Assembly: GCA_036785375.1 (NCBI GenBank)
Contig: JAWMAR010000603.1
Span: forward strand, 682,001 to 746,000
Origin: Leucoraja ocellata
Lineage: Eukaryota
DNA: 64,000 nucleotides
Reading direction: 5' to 3'
Shown here: positions 1-11,301 of the stretch, in pieces
Position numbering within the stretch: the stretch's first letter is position 1
Layout of the letters: each line of letters starts with the position of its first letter
Program-made: the position numbers and the translations under genes
The notes under the pieces: generated by a model
The model's input: the letters and a program-made list of their open reading frames with translations, nothing else
The model's database searches: none
Told to the model about the DNA's origin: nothing

Positions 1-305
1 ATGCAGAAAGTGATCTTGACTAATGAACAATGAAAATAATAATACCTCGATTAAAAAAAATGCATAACAGATCAATCATCATTTCATTAAAGGAATAATC
101 GTACATTTTTTCCTAACTAGTAACCGTAGTTAGCCTTATTGAAATTACTCATTAACACAGTTAATGCATCTTCCTGCTGTATCAAGCCAATCCTATTATA
201 AGAGACTACAGTTTCCACCTGCCATATGTGTACAACTGAATGATACCTGTGCCATAATTTAAGAACATTTCTCAGGGTAAATTACTGTATTTCATATTGT
301 TTCAG

Positions 306-427
306 CGATATAAAACTAGTATGTTCTAGTTGTCCATTTGAAGCCAGTGTTTCTGATTCAGATGATATGGCAAAACATCTTTATCAAAACAAGTTCCATG
401 TCTGTCATATTGTTTCAAAATCCAGTG
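306..427 (+). CDS. ZNF280D: ZNF280D internal exon (C2H2-like zinc finger)
   Basis: ttcag| acceptor and G|GTAAGT donor, phase 2->1. Encodes DIKLVCSSCPFEASVSDSDDMAKHLYQNKFHVCHIVSKSS (CxxC...H...H), resembling recalled human ZNF280D ITLVCLNCDF...MATHLSQHKTHTCQVV. Confidence 0.88.
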
Positions 428-1036
428 GTAAGTGGAAAAGCTTGACATTCTTGATGTTATGTTATTTTTACTTATTAGCTTCATAGGCAAAATGATATTA
501 ATAAAGATTATTATTAACTTTAAAAAATATATTTGTGATTGTAAATCTGTAAATGTGTATTCTGTAGGTATAGTTCCTTTTATTTGAAAGATAAATATTA
601 TTCAAAATGATCCTACTGGAATCATAATTCTTGTTATGGGGAGTGATATACAGAATTTCTTCAATGATAGTTGTGATTCTACTATTATTTTTCACAGCTG
701 AAGTAAATATCACAAGTATAACCTATAGTCAAATAATTAATATTTCAGATTGACAGGATAAATGAACTAATGTTTTAGTATAATTTTGGTATAAGTATAG
801 TTTTGGTTGGAGAAGAAGAAAGCAAAATTCAACACGGTTAGATTAAAAATGTAAATAAGAACAGGAAAGATAAGGTACACAATAAGTGACTTAAACATCC
901 AACAAGCCTTTTATGTGAAGATAAGGGGTTACAGTGAATCACAAACAACCTTGTTCCATGGTTGTCTTGTATCCAAGGCCACAAAAGATGGAGAGGAGAA
1001 ATCTTTTTTAAATAATTCTGGTTCTTTTTCTTTCAG

Positions 1037-1064
1037 CTTCCAGTATTATTGACAACATAGTCCA
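1037..1064 (+). CDS. ZNF280D: ZNF280D 28-nt micro-exon
   Basis: Strong acceptor ttctttttctttcag| and donor CA|GTAAGT. Phase 1->2 links exon 306-427 to the downstream exons; encodes (A)SSIIDNIV. Confidence 0.72.
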
Positions 1065-1417
1065 GTAAGTATGCTTAGTATGCTTTTTTTTTCAATATAA
1101 TTTGGACCCTTCAAATCGTTTTGAGGACATTTTTTTCTGTGAAATTGTATTTTAAACAGTTGGGATATCCCCTCAGCTGGTTTTGAGTGACTATTTCTTT
1201 CTCCATGTAAATAATTTGTAAGCAACTTAAATATTAACATGTAAATTTGGGATGGTATTTCTTCACTTTCAATACCGATTTGGAAAACTTACTGCTTATG
1301 GTTTATCGGTATATTTTTAATAAGGTTGTGCTGCAATTTGTTTAGTGTTTTGCAACCAATTATTTGGTTATGGTAGATAAATACATTCAATTCTCTTAAT
1401 TTGAACAAGAGTAGCAG

Positions 1418-1477
1418 CTTAGAAAAGGGAGACTTGTTGTCAAGCCTCAATAGCTGGCTGCTGGAAATATACAAAAG
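1418..1477 (+). CDS. ZNF280D: possible ZNF280D symmetric cassette exon (60 nt)
   Basis: AG|GTAATA donor; tandem in-frame acceptors at 1412/1415/1418; open frame LEKGDLLSSLNSWLLEIYK, phase 2->2. Acceptor pyrimidine tract is weak. Confidence 0.45.
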
Positions 1478-1859
1478 GTAATATGGGTGAACTCACAATT
1501 TGACTTATTTAGAGTAATTATATTTTGCATCCAGCAATCACTTGCACCTTAAATCTGCATTTGACAATTTGTTTTGAATATTTATCTATGACAACATTCA
1601 CAGAACAGAGTCATGGAATAGGTATTAAAATGCAATATTCTCAATATTTTCTCCCTAAACTGAAACAATGGGGCTTTTTTGTCATGTGACAATCTTTTAC
1701 AGTTGATGTAATGTCATAAAAAATGGCATTTTATATAATGTATTTTGAACATTCATCGTCGATGTAACCTAATTTGAACAGATTTCATCGTTGTTTTATA
1801 AATCATGAAAACTGTGTTAGGGTGCAGAGATAACTTAAGAAACCATGTTACTGCTTATT

Positions 1860-2420
1860 GAAGTTCTGCTCTCACCTTCCCTAATTCAGCATCAGGATAG
1901 AGTTCTACTTGTCTTCACCTTCCTGTTACCAGCTTTTACCACAGACCATCATCCACAATTTCTAACGTTCCTAATATCATGGGAACATAGACAACGTTCC
2001 CCTCCCCTCAACTCGTGAAAATTCTGGTCCACTCATTCTGTTTCCACCAACAGCCAGTTAACTTCTTAGAGTACTTTCATGTGCAACCACATTAGATACA
2101 ACATTTGCCCTGTCATTTAGGGTCTCCTTCCAGGTGAAGCAAGGATTTACTTGAACGTCCTCCATGTATTCAGTGTTTAGAAGGTGGACTGCATGGAGGA
2201 AAGTAATCATACTTTGGGTGACTGCTTTGCAGAAACTTCTGTTCAGGCCACAAGAATGACTTTGAGCTTGCACTCATGTCACTTTCCCACTGACATTTCT
2301 GCAGGATAGTGACTGTGAAATTGATGAACATGTGCTCAAGGAACAGCACCTCATCTTCCAACCAGGCATGCTATAACCTTTAAGACTCAATACTGAATTC
2401 CACATTTAATCTTGCCTCAT
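1860..2420 (+). mobile_element. old Penelope-like element fragment (GIY-YIG region)
   Basis: Diverged similarity to the Penelope copy at 46.1-47.7 kb (ccttccaggtgaagcaaggatttacttg..., gaacagcacctcatcttc). Boundaries approximate. Confidence 0.6.
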
Positions 2421-2929
2421 CTTGTATTTTCAGCATTCAATTATTTTCTAATATGGTATTCCCGATTTCATTTACCTCTTCCTGTGAACTCATCCTCCAG
2501 ATGTACCTTTATCACCCTTCTTCAGTTGGCAACACCAGCTCTCAATTTGACAGCTGTTACTAATGGGTTCCTATGTGGTATAAAATTGAGGAGCCTAAAT
2601 AGAGTAAATTATGCAGACCTGGAGAAAAAGGTGACGGAACACTAGAGGAACTCAATAGGCCAAGCAGTTCTGATGTAGTACCTTTTGCCTCTGTAGATGT
2701 TGTTTGAGCTGCTGAGTTCTTTCAGCGATGTGTGTTTTGAATCAAATATGGTCAGTCTGACAAAGAGCTCCGATCCAAACCTTGCCTATCCATGCACTCC
2801 AGAGATGCCACCTGACCTGCTGAGTTACTCCAGTACATCGTGTTTTGCTCAAGATTCCAGTATCTGTAGTTCCTTGTTTCTCCAAGCTATTGAACCAGCA
2901 GTGGAAGATGGGATTATGCTGGATAGTTC

Positions 2930-3150
2930 CTTTTTAGTTTAGTTTAGAGCATGGAAACAGGGTCCCTACACACTAGGGACAATTTACAGCAGTCAATTAA
3001 CCTACAAAATGTAAACGATGAAATTGGAGCACCCGGAGAAAACCCACACAGTCATTAGGATAACATATAAATTCTGCACAGACAACACCGTCAGAATCGA
3101 ACCCGGGTCTCTAGCACTGTGAGGCAGCATCTTTACCGTTGCACCACTGG
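2930..3150 (-). mobile_element. tRNA-derived V-SINE (HE1-like)
   Basis: tRNA-like B-box (agacccgggttcgattc on -), V-domain-like core and (CTAAA)n tail; same family as 48896-49200. Confidence 0.7.
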
Positions 3151-4149
3151 ATACCTTTTATGTCATACATTTTCAGAACATTTTGTGAAATAGGTTAATA
3201 TTATAAATTTGTCATTTAGCTGTTATCGATTAATAATAGTAAGGTTATAATGAACAAGTAATCCATACCTATATCATTCCTTCGTGCTTTTTAACATATT
3301 GGAAGATTATATTCATGATTAAGTACATTTGGGGATTCTAATTCCCTGACCCGAAAATGGCTCGAGTGTGTCATTTATTGTGTTTTGATTTTGCTTTTCC
3401 TCATTATTTTTACTTTTATTAATGATTTGTACTGCTAATTAACTGTAGGATATAATCTACCTGACAATACAGCAACAGATGTGGGTTGAGTAATTTTATA
3501 CATTTTATAATACAGCTTTGCATCATAAATCAAGCAATTTAAAATTAGCTAATGTGAATGGATGACCAAATTGCACCAAAAGGACGACTGTTTGCTGTAA
3601 ATGAAGTGAAATCATTAATGAAAGTTAACTTTATTATTCATCCATAGAGCTGATTTACAATAAATTTCAGAGGTGGGGTTAGTTTGTACTATTTTTTATT
3701 ATACTAGACATCTTACTGAGAATCCAATTTATTACCAAATTAGTGATCCAGATATTATGTTTATGCATTATTCAGGTTTCCTTGTAGATAAAATCAATGT
3801 ACCTGTTTATTATGCTTAATGTAGCAGATGGGGCAGAAAAGAGCTATCATTTAGACATTGAGGGTCATGAATCATGCAATAAATGATTAATATCTAGCAT
3901 TTATACTCTGCTCTTCTATAGTAGATAAAAATTGAAACATTGTCAACACATTCACTTTATGTTAGAATACAATTATCTTTAAATCTGTTTGTTAAATGCA
4001 ACTAATTACCATTTTTAAACTTAAATCCACAAAAGAAATCCACAGTTTTTCTTGCATTGAAAGAACATAACCATTAACTATGCTGTGTCCACAACACAGA
4101 CTTACACTGAAATATTTGTCAATAGAAAAATAAATTATGTTGGTATCCC

Positions 4150-5190
4150 TATAAACATTTCCTAGTCCTGTACCTATCTTTTAAGTGCTGTTATAGTGCC
4201 TGCCTCATCCATCTCCTGTAGCAGCTCGTTCCACAACTTTTTTTTCTTCTGAGTGAAAAGGTTGCCCACGGGTTAATTTTAAATGTTGTCCCTCTCACTT
4301 TAAATCTATGTCGTCTGCTATTGATTCCCCTTACCTGGTGCATTCACCCTATCCCCCTCATGATTTTACACACCTCTATAAGATCACCCTTCAGCCTCCT
4401 GCTCAATCTTTCCTCGTAGCTCAGCCCTTTGTCCAGGTCAGATCCCCATAGATCTTCTCTACACTCTTTCCAGCCTAATGATATCCTTCCTATAATAGGG
4501 TGACCAAAACTGAACAAAGTCTCCAAATGTGGACTCACCAACATCCTGCACAACTGTAACATCACGTCTCAACTTCTTTACTCAATACCTGGACTGATGA
4601 AGGCCCATGTTCATAAAGCCTTCTTTACCACCCTATCTATTTGTGATGCCACTTTCAGCAAACTATGTCACCTGTACTCGTAGATCCCACTGCTCTACAA
4701 CACTCCCCATAACCCTATCATTCCTGCCCTGGTTTGACTTACCAATAAAGTGACACCTCGCATCTATCTGCATTAAACTTCTTTAGCCATTCCTCAGCCG
4801 ACTAGTGTAGCCAATCAAGAGCCTGCTGTAATTTTTGATAGCCGTCTTTGCGATCTACGATACCATCCATTTTAGTGTCCAACTTATTCATCATGCCTTC
4901 TACATTTTCATTCAAATCGTTCATATAAACCACAAACAGCACCATTTCTGGGACCCTGATGCACCAGGATCCTGAGGCATACCATTCGCCACAAGCTTAT
5001 AGTCCAAAAAAAGACACGTCCGCTACATCCTCACCGGAAACCTATGTCCTTTGCTTTTTCATTCCCCTACCCTGGGAAAAAAAATGTATTGACATTTTCT
5101 ATTTTCTTCATGATTTTATACACCTCCGGAAGATCACCTCTTAGCCACCTGCTCTTAAGCACTAAAGTCTTAGCCCACCAAACCTCTCGC
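4150..5190 (-). mobile_element. CR1-type LINE 3' fragments
   Basis: ORF fragment GLSYEERL...RRLKGDLIEVCKIMRG is the typical CR1 ORF2 C-terminus; heavily decayed. Confidence 0.75.
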
Positions 5191-6184
5191 AATGGTTCAA
5201 TTAATTCAATGATTTTTTTTAATGCAGTAATGCTTACAAATTTGATTCTGTTTAATTAAAAAGTGCTTTCTTTCAGTTATTTTCCAAGCAAACGTAGAAC
5301 TTATTAGAAGCAAGAATTGAAATATATCTTTACATAATTAAGAAATAGGTAAACAATAACAGAACATTAAAACAAATACTAATTCATTTTTGTGTCATCT
5401 CTACATGACACGTAAATTGCTTTGTAAACTATGCTTATGGCTAGGGATCTCACCAATTCGATTTGTGAACTTTTTAACTGAGGAAAATTATATCAGAATT
5501 ACGTGAATGGATTTTGTACCACTTGTTTAATTTTAAGTTTGTACTTATTCAGATGATAATATCTGGCCTTGTGGAATGAACAGATTGAAAATACTTTGGA
5601 AAAACTTGCTAATTCCCAAGCCACAATTTAACAAAATGTGAATTCAATACATGCAAGAAGGAGCAATATTCTTTATAATTGGAATGTGTTTCATATTCAT
5701 TTTCTGACAAGAATCAGTAAGAAGTTTTGTGAGACTAATTATGTTAGAGAATAGGTGGAATCAGACTAAACCATTCTGGTGTGATGACTGTAACTAGTTA
5801 TTTCGTTTTCTTTCAAAGTCTTGAGTCCATTTTGATAAATTCATACAAAATCCTGACTGACAAAATTCCCAAATCAGCTGACCTATTGTAAGTAGCAAAT
5901 TTAGGAATGTACTTTCTTTCCGTTGCTGCATCTCTTAGTATGTCTCTTTTCAGCAGATCTGCTCACTTGGAACTCTTAGAATGTTAAAATTAACCAGTTT
6001 TGTAATTTAAATACATCCTTATTTCTAGGTTGATACATTTTTAATGTTAAAATTAAGAGGAAAAATAATTGGCATTTAGATGACTGCACATACTTAATAA
6101 TATAACTAGTCCATTATTTTCTTCACTTCTTCACCCATCTCCAACAGAAAGGCATTCTGCTTCACTGAATGATATTGTCTCTCC

Positions 6185-6539
6185 ATAGAGTCATAGAGCA
6201 TAGAAACAGCCCCTTCGGCCCAACCTGTACATCCTGACCAAGTTTCTTAACCGTTTCAGTTGACCAATCCATGTGCGCCTGACCCATATCCTTCCAAACC
6301 TTTCCTATTCATGTACTTATCTAAATGTTATCTCTTAAATGCTAATTCATTATACCCACCTCTATCACTTCTCTGGTTGCTCATTCCATGTATGCAGACT
6401 CTCTGTGTGAATAGGTTGCCTCTCAGGTCCTTTCTAAATCTTTCCCCTCTCACCTTAAACCTATGTCCTCTACTTTTAGACACCCATACCAAAGCTTTCT
6501 CATGTCCCATTTTTAATCTCCTGAGTTCCTTCTTAAGTA
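6185..6539 (-). mobile_element. CR1-type LINE fragment (continues at about 7257-7540)
   Basis: SRGHRFKVRGERFRKDLRGNLFTQRV is a CR1 C-terminal motif; the relic is interrupted by the GC-rich foldback element. Confidence 0.75.
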
Positions 6540-7256
6540 AATAAGCAAGTTCGGTATTCTGAAAAACGCAAGGAATCATGGGATTTGTCAAAGGTCACTC
6601 GCGATAAACACTCTCGGCAACCGTGCCACCACATGCACACCTCATCCGCAACCAGGATCGAACCTGGGTCTCCATTCCCGCAAGCACTGCCGAATCACCA
6701 CTGAACTATCTCCGTCCCCTGCCGAGTGCCCCATCCCTGTCCAGGAGCGGCCGGAGACGTCCAGGGCGACCCCGGACTGACGGGCGTCCCAAGCCCACAG
6801 CCAGCGTGGAGAAGAAACACCAACTCCAGCCCAATTCCGCCAGGCCAACCGACAGCCCTGGACTGACGGTACACTGGCCAGTCGCAGCAGCGGCCCAGGC
6901 TCAGGCCCACAACCAGCGTGGAGAAGAAGCACCAACTCCACTGCTCAGGGCTGGTGTCCCGTCAGTCCAGCGCTGTTGGTTAACCCAGCTGGACAGGCAG
7001 AGTTGAGCTGGAGTTAGCGCTTCTCCTGCATGCCGGCTGCAAGCCTGGGCCGCCACTGCAACGGGCCGGCACCCCACCAACCCAGGGTCACCCTGGACAT
7101 TCCTGTCCACCCCCGGACAGGGACGGGACACTCGGGAGCGGATGGGGGCGGCCCAGCAGCAACTCAACACTGCCGGAGACCCGACCCCGACCACGGACAA
7201 AATGCAGGTCTGCACCCATACAGCAGCACAGCCGCCGAGAGTGTTTATCTCCAGTA
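6540..7256. mobile_element. GC-rich modular foldback/MITE-like insertion with tRNA-like cassette
   Basis: GATAAACACTCTCGGC near 6603 is inverted near 7234-7249; 6713-6777 is inverted at 7081-7144; internal ~35-nt direct repeats near 6793 and 6906. Splits a CR1 relic. Confidence 0.7.
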
Positions 7257-9452
7257 CTCAAGGGATTCATGATTCAAGCTGCCCATATCTGGCATTTGCC
7301 TCCCTTTTCTTGATCAGAGCCTCAATATCTCTTGTGTCAGCCTTGGCCTTCACTATAACGGGAACATGTTAGCCTTAAACCTCGGTATTTCGTGTTTAAA
7401 AGACGCCCACTTACCAGACGTCCCTGTTAACTGCAAACACAACACCCCCATTCAACATGAAAGTTTCTGGCTAATACCATCAAAATTGGCCTTAACCCCA
7501 ATAAAATACTTCAACCTTTGGACTTGTCCTGTCCTTTTTTGTATCTTACTAACACTTCAGTCAGCTGTCCAGTCTTACTTCCCAAGAGAGGCCCTTGCTG
7601 CTCTTGTTTACGAGTTCACACAGGCATTCTCAATTATGAAATAGCTGTTCACTCGAGCTCAAGCCAGATGATGTTTCCTTCTTGGAATCATATGCTGATG
7701 GGACTGTTCTTGTGCTGTAATGTTCTATGTTCGTCTGTCAATTCACAGATCACTGAACCCATTTCCCTACTTTCCCCTCTTATCAGGTTCTACCATAGGC
7801 CAGGGTTCTGAACTCTACCCTCTACCCCATTTCAGACATTGGACTTTGTCTACAGAATTATTGCAGAAATATTCTGCACTCTGCCTATTTTCCCCTTTGC
7901 TCTACCTATTATACTAGGTTTAACTAGATTGTATTTGCGTATAGTATTATGTGATCAGATTTAGATAGCATGTCAAACAAAGCTTTTCACTGTATCTTAG
8001 AACATGTGACAATAATAAACCTAAACTCCAGTGAACTGTCATGGGATCAGTGCTGTTCATGCTCTCTCATCCAAATCTCAGAATGTGCGTCAATTCTCCT
8101 TGTAACTCAAGCCCTCAGCATCGGTGGTACTTTTGTAAAGAATATCTAGTTGTACAACATTAGGACTGCATGATGAATGAAAAAGAGGCCTGTGGCTTTA
8201 ACATTAAGAATTTTTGGCTGACTGTAGTGATACAAAAATACAATCAGGCAAAATTTAGTCTGCATTTGTACGGTACATGGCAGATTAGTCGAGAGGAAAT
8301 CTTTTTGTTGATCAGATATGAAAATGAATAGACAACAAGTTTGCTGTGGATAATCACCGGTAGTGGTTATTGGATTTGTGATCTGAGTAATGGTATCCTT
8401 TAAGACTAGGAAGAGAACTTAGCTGATCAGCAATTTAATAGGAATGAGATCATATGTGCAAACTAGGTTTTACGGAGCTAATCTCTAAGAGCACAATGGG
8501 GACAGAAAATAGAGAAAGACAGCATCCAGAGTATCTGCTTATCTGTGCCTATATGACTTGTTCAAGTTTAAATCCCTTGAAAAGTGAGCGGAAATGGAAT
8601 AGCTTAAACTGGGAATGAATGAAGATTTGATAAGAGGGGATGCAGTAGGAAATTGGGTTGGCAGCAAGGTCAGTGGATGGGAATGGTGAAAGGTTGAAGT
8701 GGTCAGAGATAGCCACCAGGTGATCAACAGCTTGGGAATAAAGAGGTCATATAAGATGATACACTTTGGTTTGTGGTCATGATAAGACTGAATTTATAAC
8801 AGCATTTTAAGAATATTTAGAGAAGACAAAACAGATATAAATCGTTCAGAATAAAGAGTCATAATGTATAGATTGGAAGAAAAAAGGCTGATATATTGAA
8901 GAGGATCTCGAGATGCTGCCTATGCTTGTTACGAGAGGAATGGGAAGCTTACAGAAGATGCCGAAGAATTGATTAAGGTGTGAGGTGGTGGACTTGTAGA
9001 TAGGCAGATGATGCAAAGTTCTGCTAAGTGCTTCAGTTGAAGTCAAAAGCCCAACATCTGTGTAGAAAATTGCTCTCCAAACCATTGGCGCCAACTTTAA
9101 CTGCCCATGTAGCATAGGGATGTTCGGGTGAAGATGACAACTTTGCATGTCAGCACTCTGAAAGGTCTGCTTTTTCTAATTTGGGGGACAAGAAGTGAAA
9201 GGAATTGAAAGTTGGCTTATCTGATCAACAGGAAAGACCAGAAGAGGAGTAAGTGGGCATTATTATACTTTTTTTTTAAATGTAGGTTTGAAGTAGCAGC
9301 CAAAATATTTAGTGATTTTTAGCCGATTAAAACTCTTAAAAATACTCATATTGTGTTGCTTTGAAAGATGATACATTTATTTAAGCTATCAGCTTCTTGT
9401 TCTCTAGCCACATTTAAAAATAATTTAAGGCAAACGTTTTTTCATCTCACAG

Positions 9453-9495
9453 GAGGAGCGAGCAAATCTCAACACTTGACGAAATAAAGACTGAG
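9453..9495 (+). CDS. ZNF280D: ZNF280D small exon
   Basis: tttttcatctcacag| acceptor and GAG|GTAATT donor. Only the phase 2->0 frame is open (RSEQISTLDEIKTE). Confidence 0.78.
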
Positions 9496-10357
9496 GTAAT
9501 TTTAATCATTTTGTATCTGTTGCATTGTATAATCAAAACCTTACAAGCTGCTAGTGAAAATTCTGTGTCTGATACATTACAAATGGTTATACCCTTCATT
9601 TAAATGGGCTCAATAGTAATGAAAATCTAAAATGACGGTTCACTACCAGGCTAAATACCGACTTGTGGAGTATTCAGAAGTGGCAACAATTCAATTATTA
9701 TTTTTTTACGCTTTACATGTATGACTGATTTATTCTTACAGCACACTGGATGAATTAAATTTTCTGGGTGCTTTAAGGCATGATTGTTCATCTTAAAGGA
9801 TGACTCAGTCATGCTTGTGATTCAGCCATTGGCAATTGCACCACATATGTACAATGGCTGAGAATCCACCTATTGGCTGGAAAATGAACATTGGAGCAGA
9901 CAGAAGATGACCCATTTTGGAAATGCCCCACCTCCAAACCCAATTTGAAGGATAAAGAAAAAAGTTAATGAGGTTGCATTAAACAGTGGCCAAGTGGAAA
10001 GTAAAGTTATATCTACATATGAGAAATATTATGGGGTAGAGAGTGCTGAGATAAACAAAAGTTATTTTAGATATTTACTTTCCACCTAAAAGGCACTAAC
10101 ATTTCTAATTTTAATCCTTGAGACTATGCAGCGTTAGCTCTTCAAAGTAAAAAAAATATTTAAATAAGCAGATTAAAGTTTTTTTGTGTTCCCCCTAGAA
10201 CTGCATAATTTGTTTTGTTTAATTCAAATTACTAAAATTGTTGTTCATTTAAAATAAACTGCATTTTCTAAATCATTTTTTTTTCTGCTCAGAATTGTAA
10301 AGCAATCATTTTTCCAATTCATTGTTCTTAAGTTTCAATTTTTGTTCAAACTTTCAG

Positions 10358-10419
10358 GCAAATCCATCTTCTGCATTACTTGCCACAGAAACATTGGAAG
10401 TTGATTTAACTGCTGATGG
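10358..10419 (+). CDS. ZNF280D: ZNF280D penultimate exon
   Basis: ctttcag| acceptor and GG|GTAATT donor; ANPSSALLATETLEVDLTAD(G); phase 0->2 fits both neighbours. Confidence 0.8.
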
Positions 10420-10559
10420 GTAATTGAAATATTTTGTATAATTTGAATAAACTGGGGGTCGGTGCTTGGATTATTGAAAATATTTTATTTATAACTAGAA
10501 AGTAAGTCTGATTGTACTTTTTAAAATTAGAAATGCCTGTTTCTCTCTCTCTCCAACAG

Positions 10560-11301
10560 AAACCAGGAGAAAACTGACCAACCTTTATTGTACAAGGCTG
10601 AGAATCCATCTGTGGAAGCTGTGCCTTCACCCAAAGGTGACAAACTAAGTGATCAACAAGACAAAACAAACTCCAATAACAATGTAGAAAGTAATCAAAG
10701 TACTGAGAATACAGCAGATGGCCCGCTGTCTGAATTGACGACTGAGAAAGACTATGATGCTGGAGAGAGAGTTCAGGATAATTCCTCCAACCAAGCACTC
10801 ACACCTTCAGATACTAACGAAGCACAAGATTTAAAATCAGTGGATAATGATGTAGAAATAGTTCAAGATGAGTTTGTGGGAATTGATACTTGTGATGAAC
10901 CTAAAGATTGCAAGACTCTTCCGGATTTAATACTGAAATGTAAACAGACAGGGAATGAGGGAATTGATAATGAAAAATGTACTGAAGAAAAGAGCAAAGA
11001 TGCAAATGTGGAACAGAATAAGGATCCCAAAGAAGATGTTTGCTTTGACCAGTTTTTCAGGAGCAAAGATGAGCCAGAAGCTGTTGGTTCTGATGTGAGT
11101 GAGCAGGGCAGCATTCAGCTGGAACCACTCACTCCTTCTGAAGTTTTAGAACATGAAGCTACTGAGATTCTGCAGAAAGGGAGTGTGGTGACGGTTACCA
11201 AGAGAAAGGGAACAGCATCAACAGAGGAAAATAATAAAGAAACTACTCCTGCTCCAATACTACTAAGCTCAGAGCATCTAGAAGAAAATGAAAAGAGCTG
11301 A
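10560..11301 (+). CDS. ZNF280D: ZNF280D terminal coding exon (acidic disordered C-terminus)
   Basis: (ct)n-ccaacag| acceptor, phase 2, long ORF ending in TGA at 11301. Contains DQFFRSKDEPEAVGSDVSEQGSIQLEPLTPSEVLEHEATEILQKGS, nearly identical to the recalled human ZNF280D C-terminal motif. Synteny with MNS1 supports the call. Confidence 0.9.

Noticed and set aside
6652-6720. tRNA gene
   Set aside because: A and B boxes are present, but there is no convincing cloverleaf or acceptor stem, and it is embedded in a repeat.
6623-7372. Cluster of overlapping 60-127 aa ORFs on both strands
   Set aside because: By-product of the GC-rich palindromic element; no recognisable domain or splice context.
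10531-10559. Alternative phase-0 acceptor for the last ZNF280D exon
   Set aside because: It would translate the (CT)n pyrimidine tract; the phase-2 acceptor at 10559 fits exon 10358-10419.
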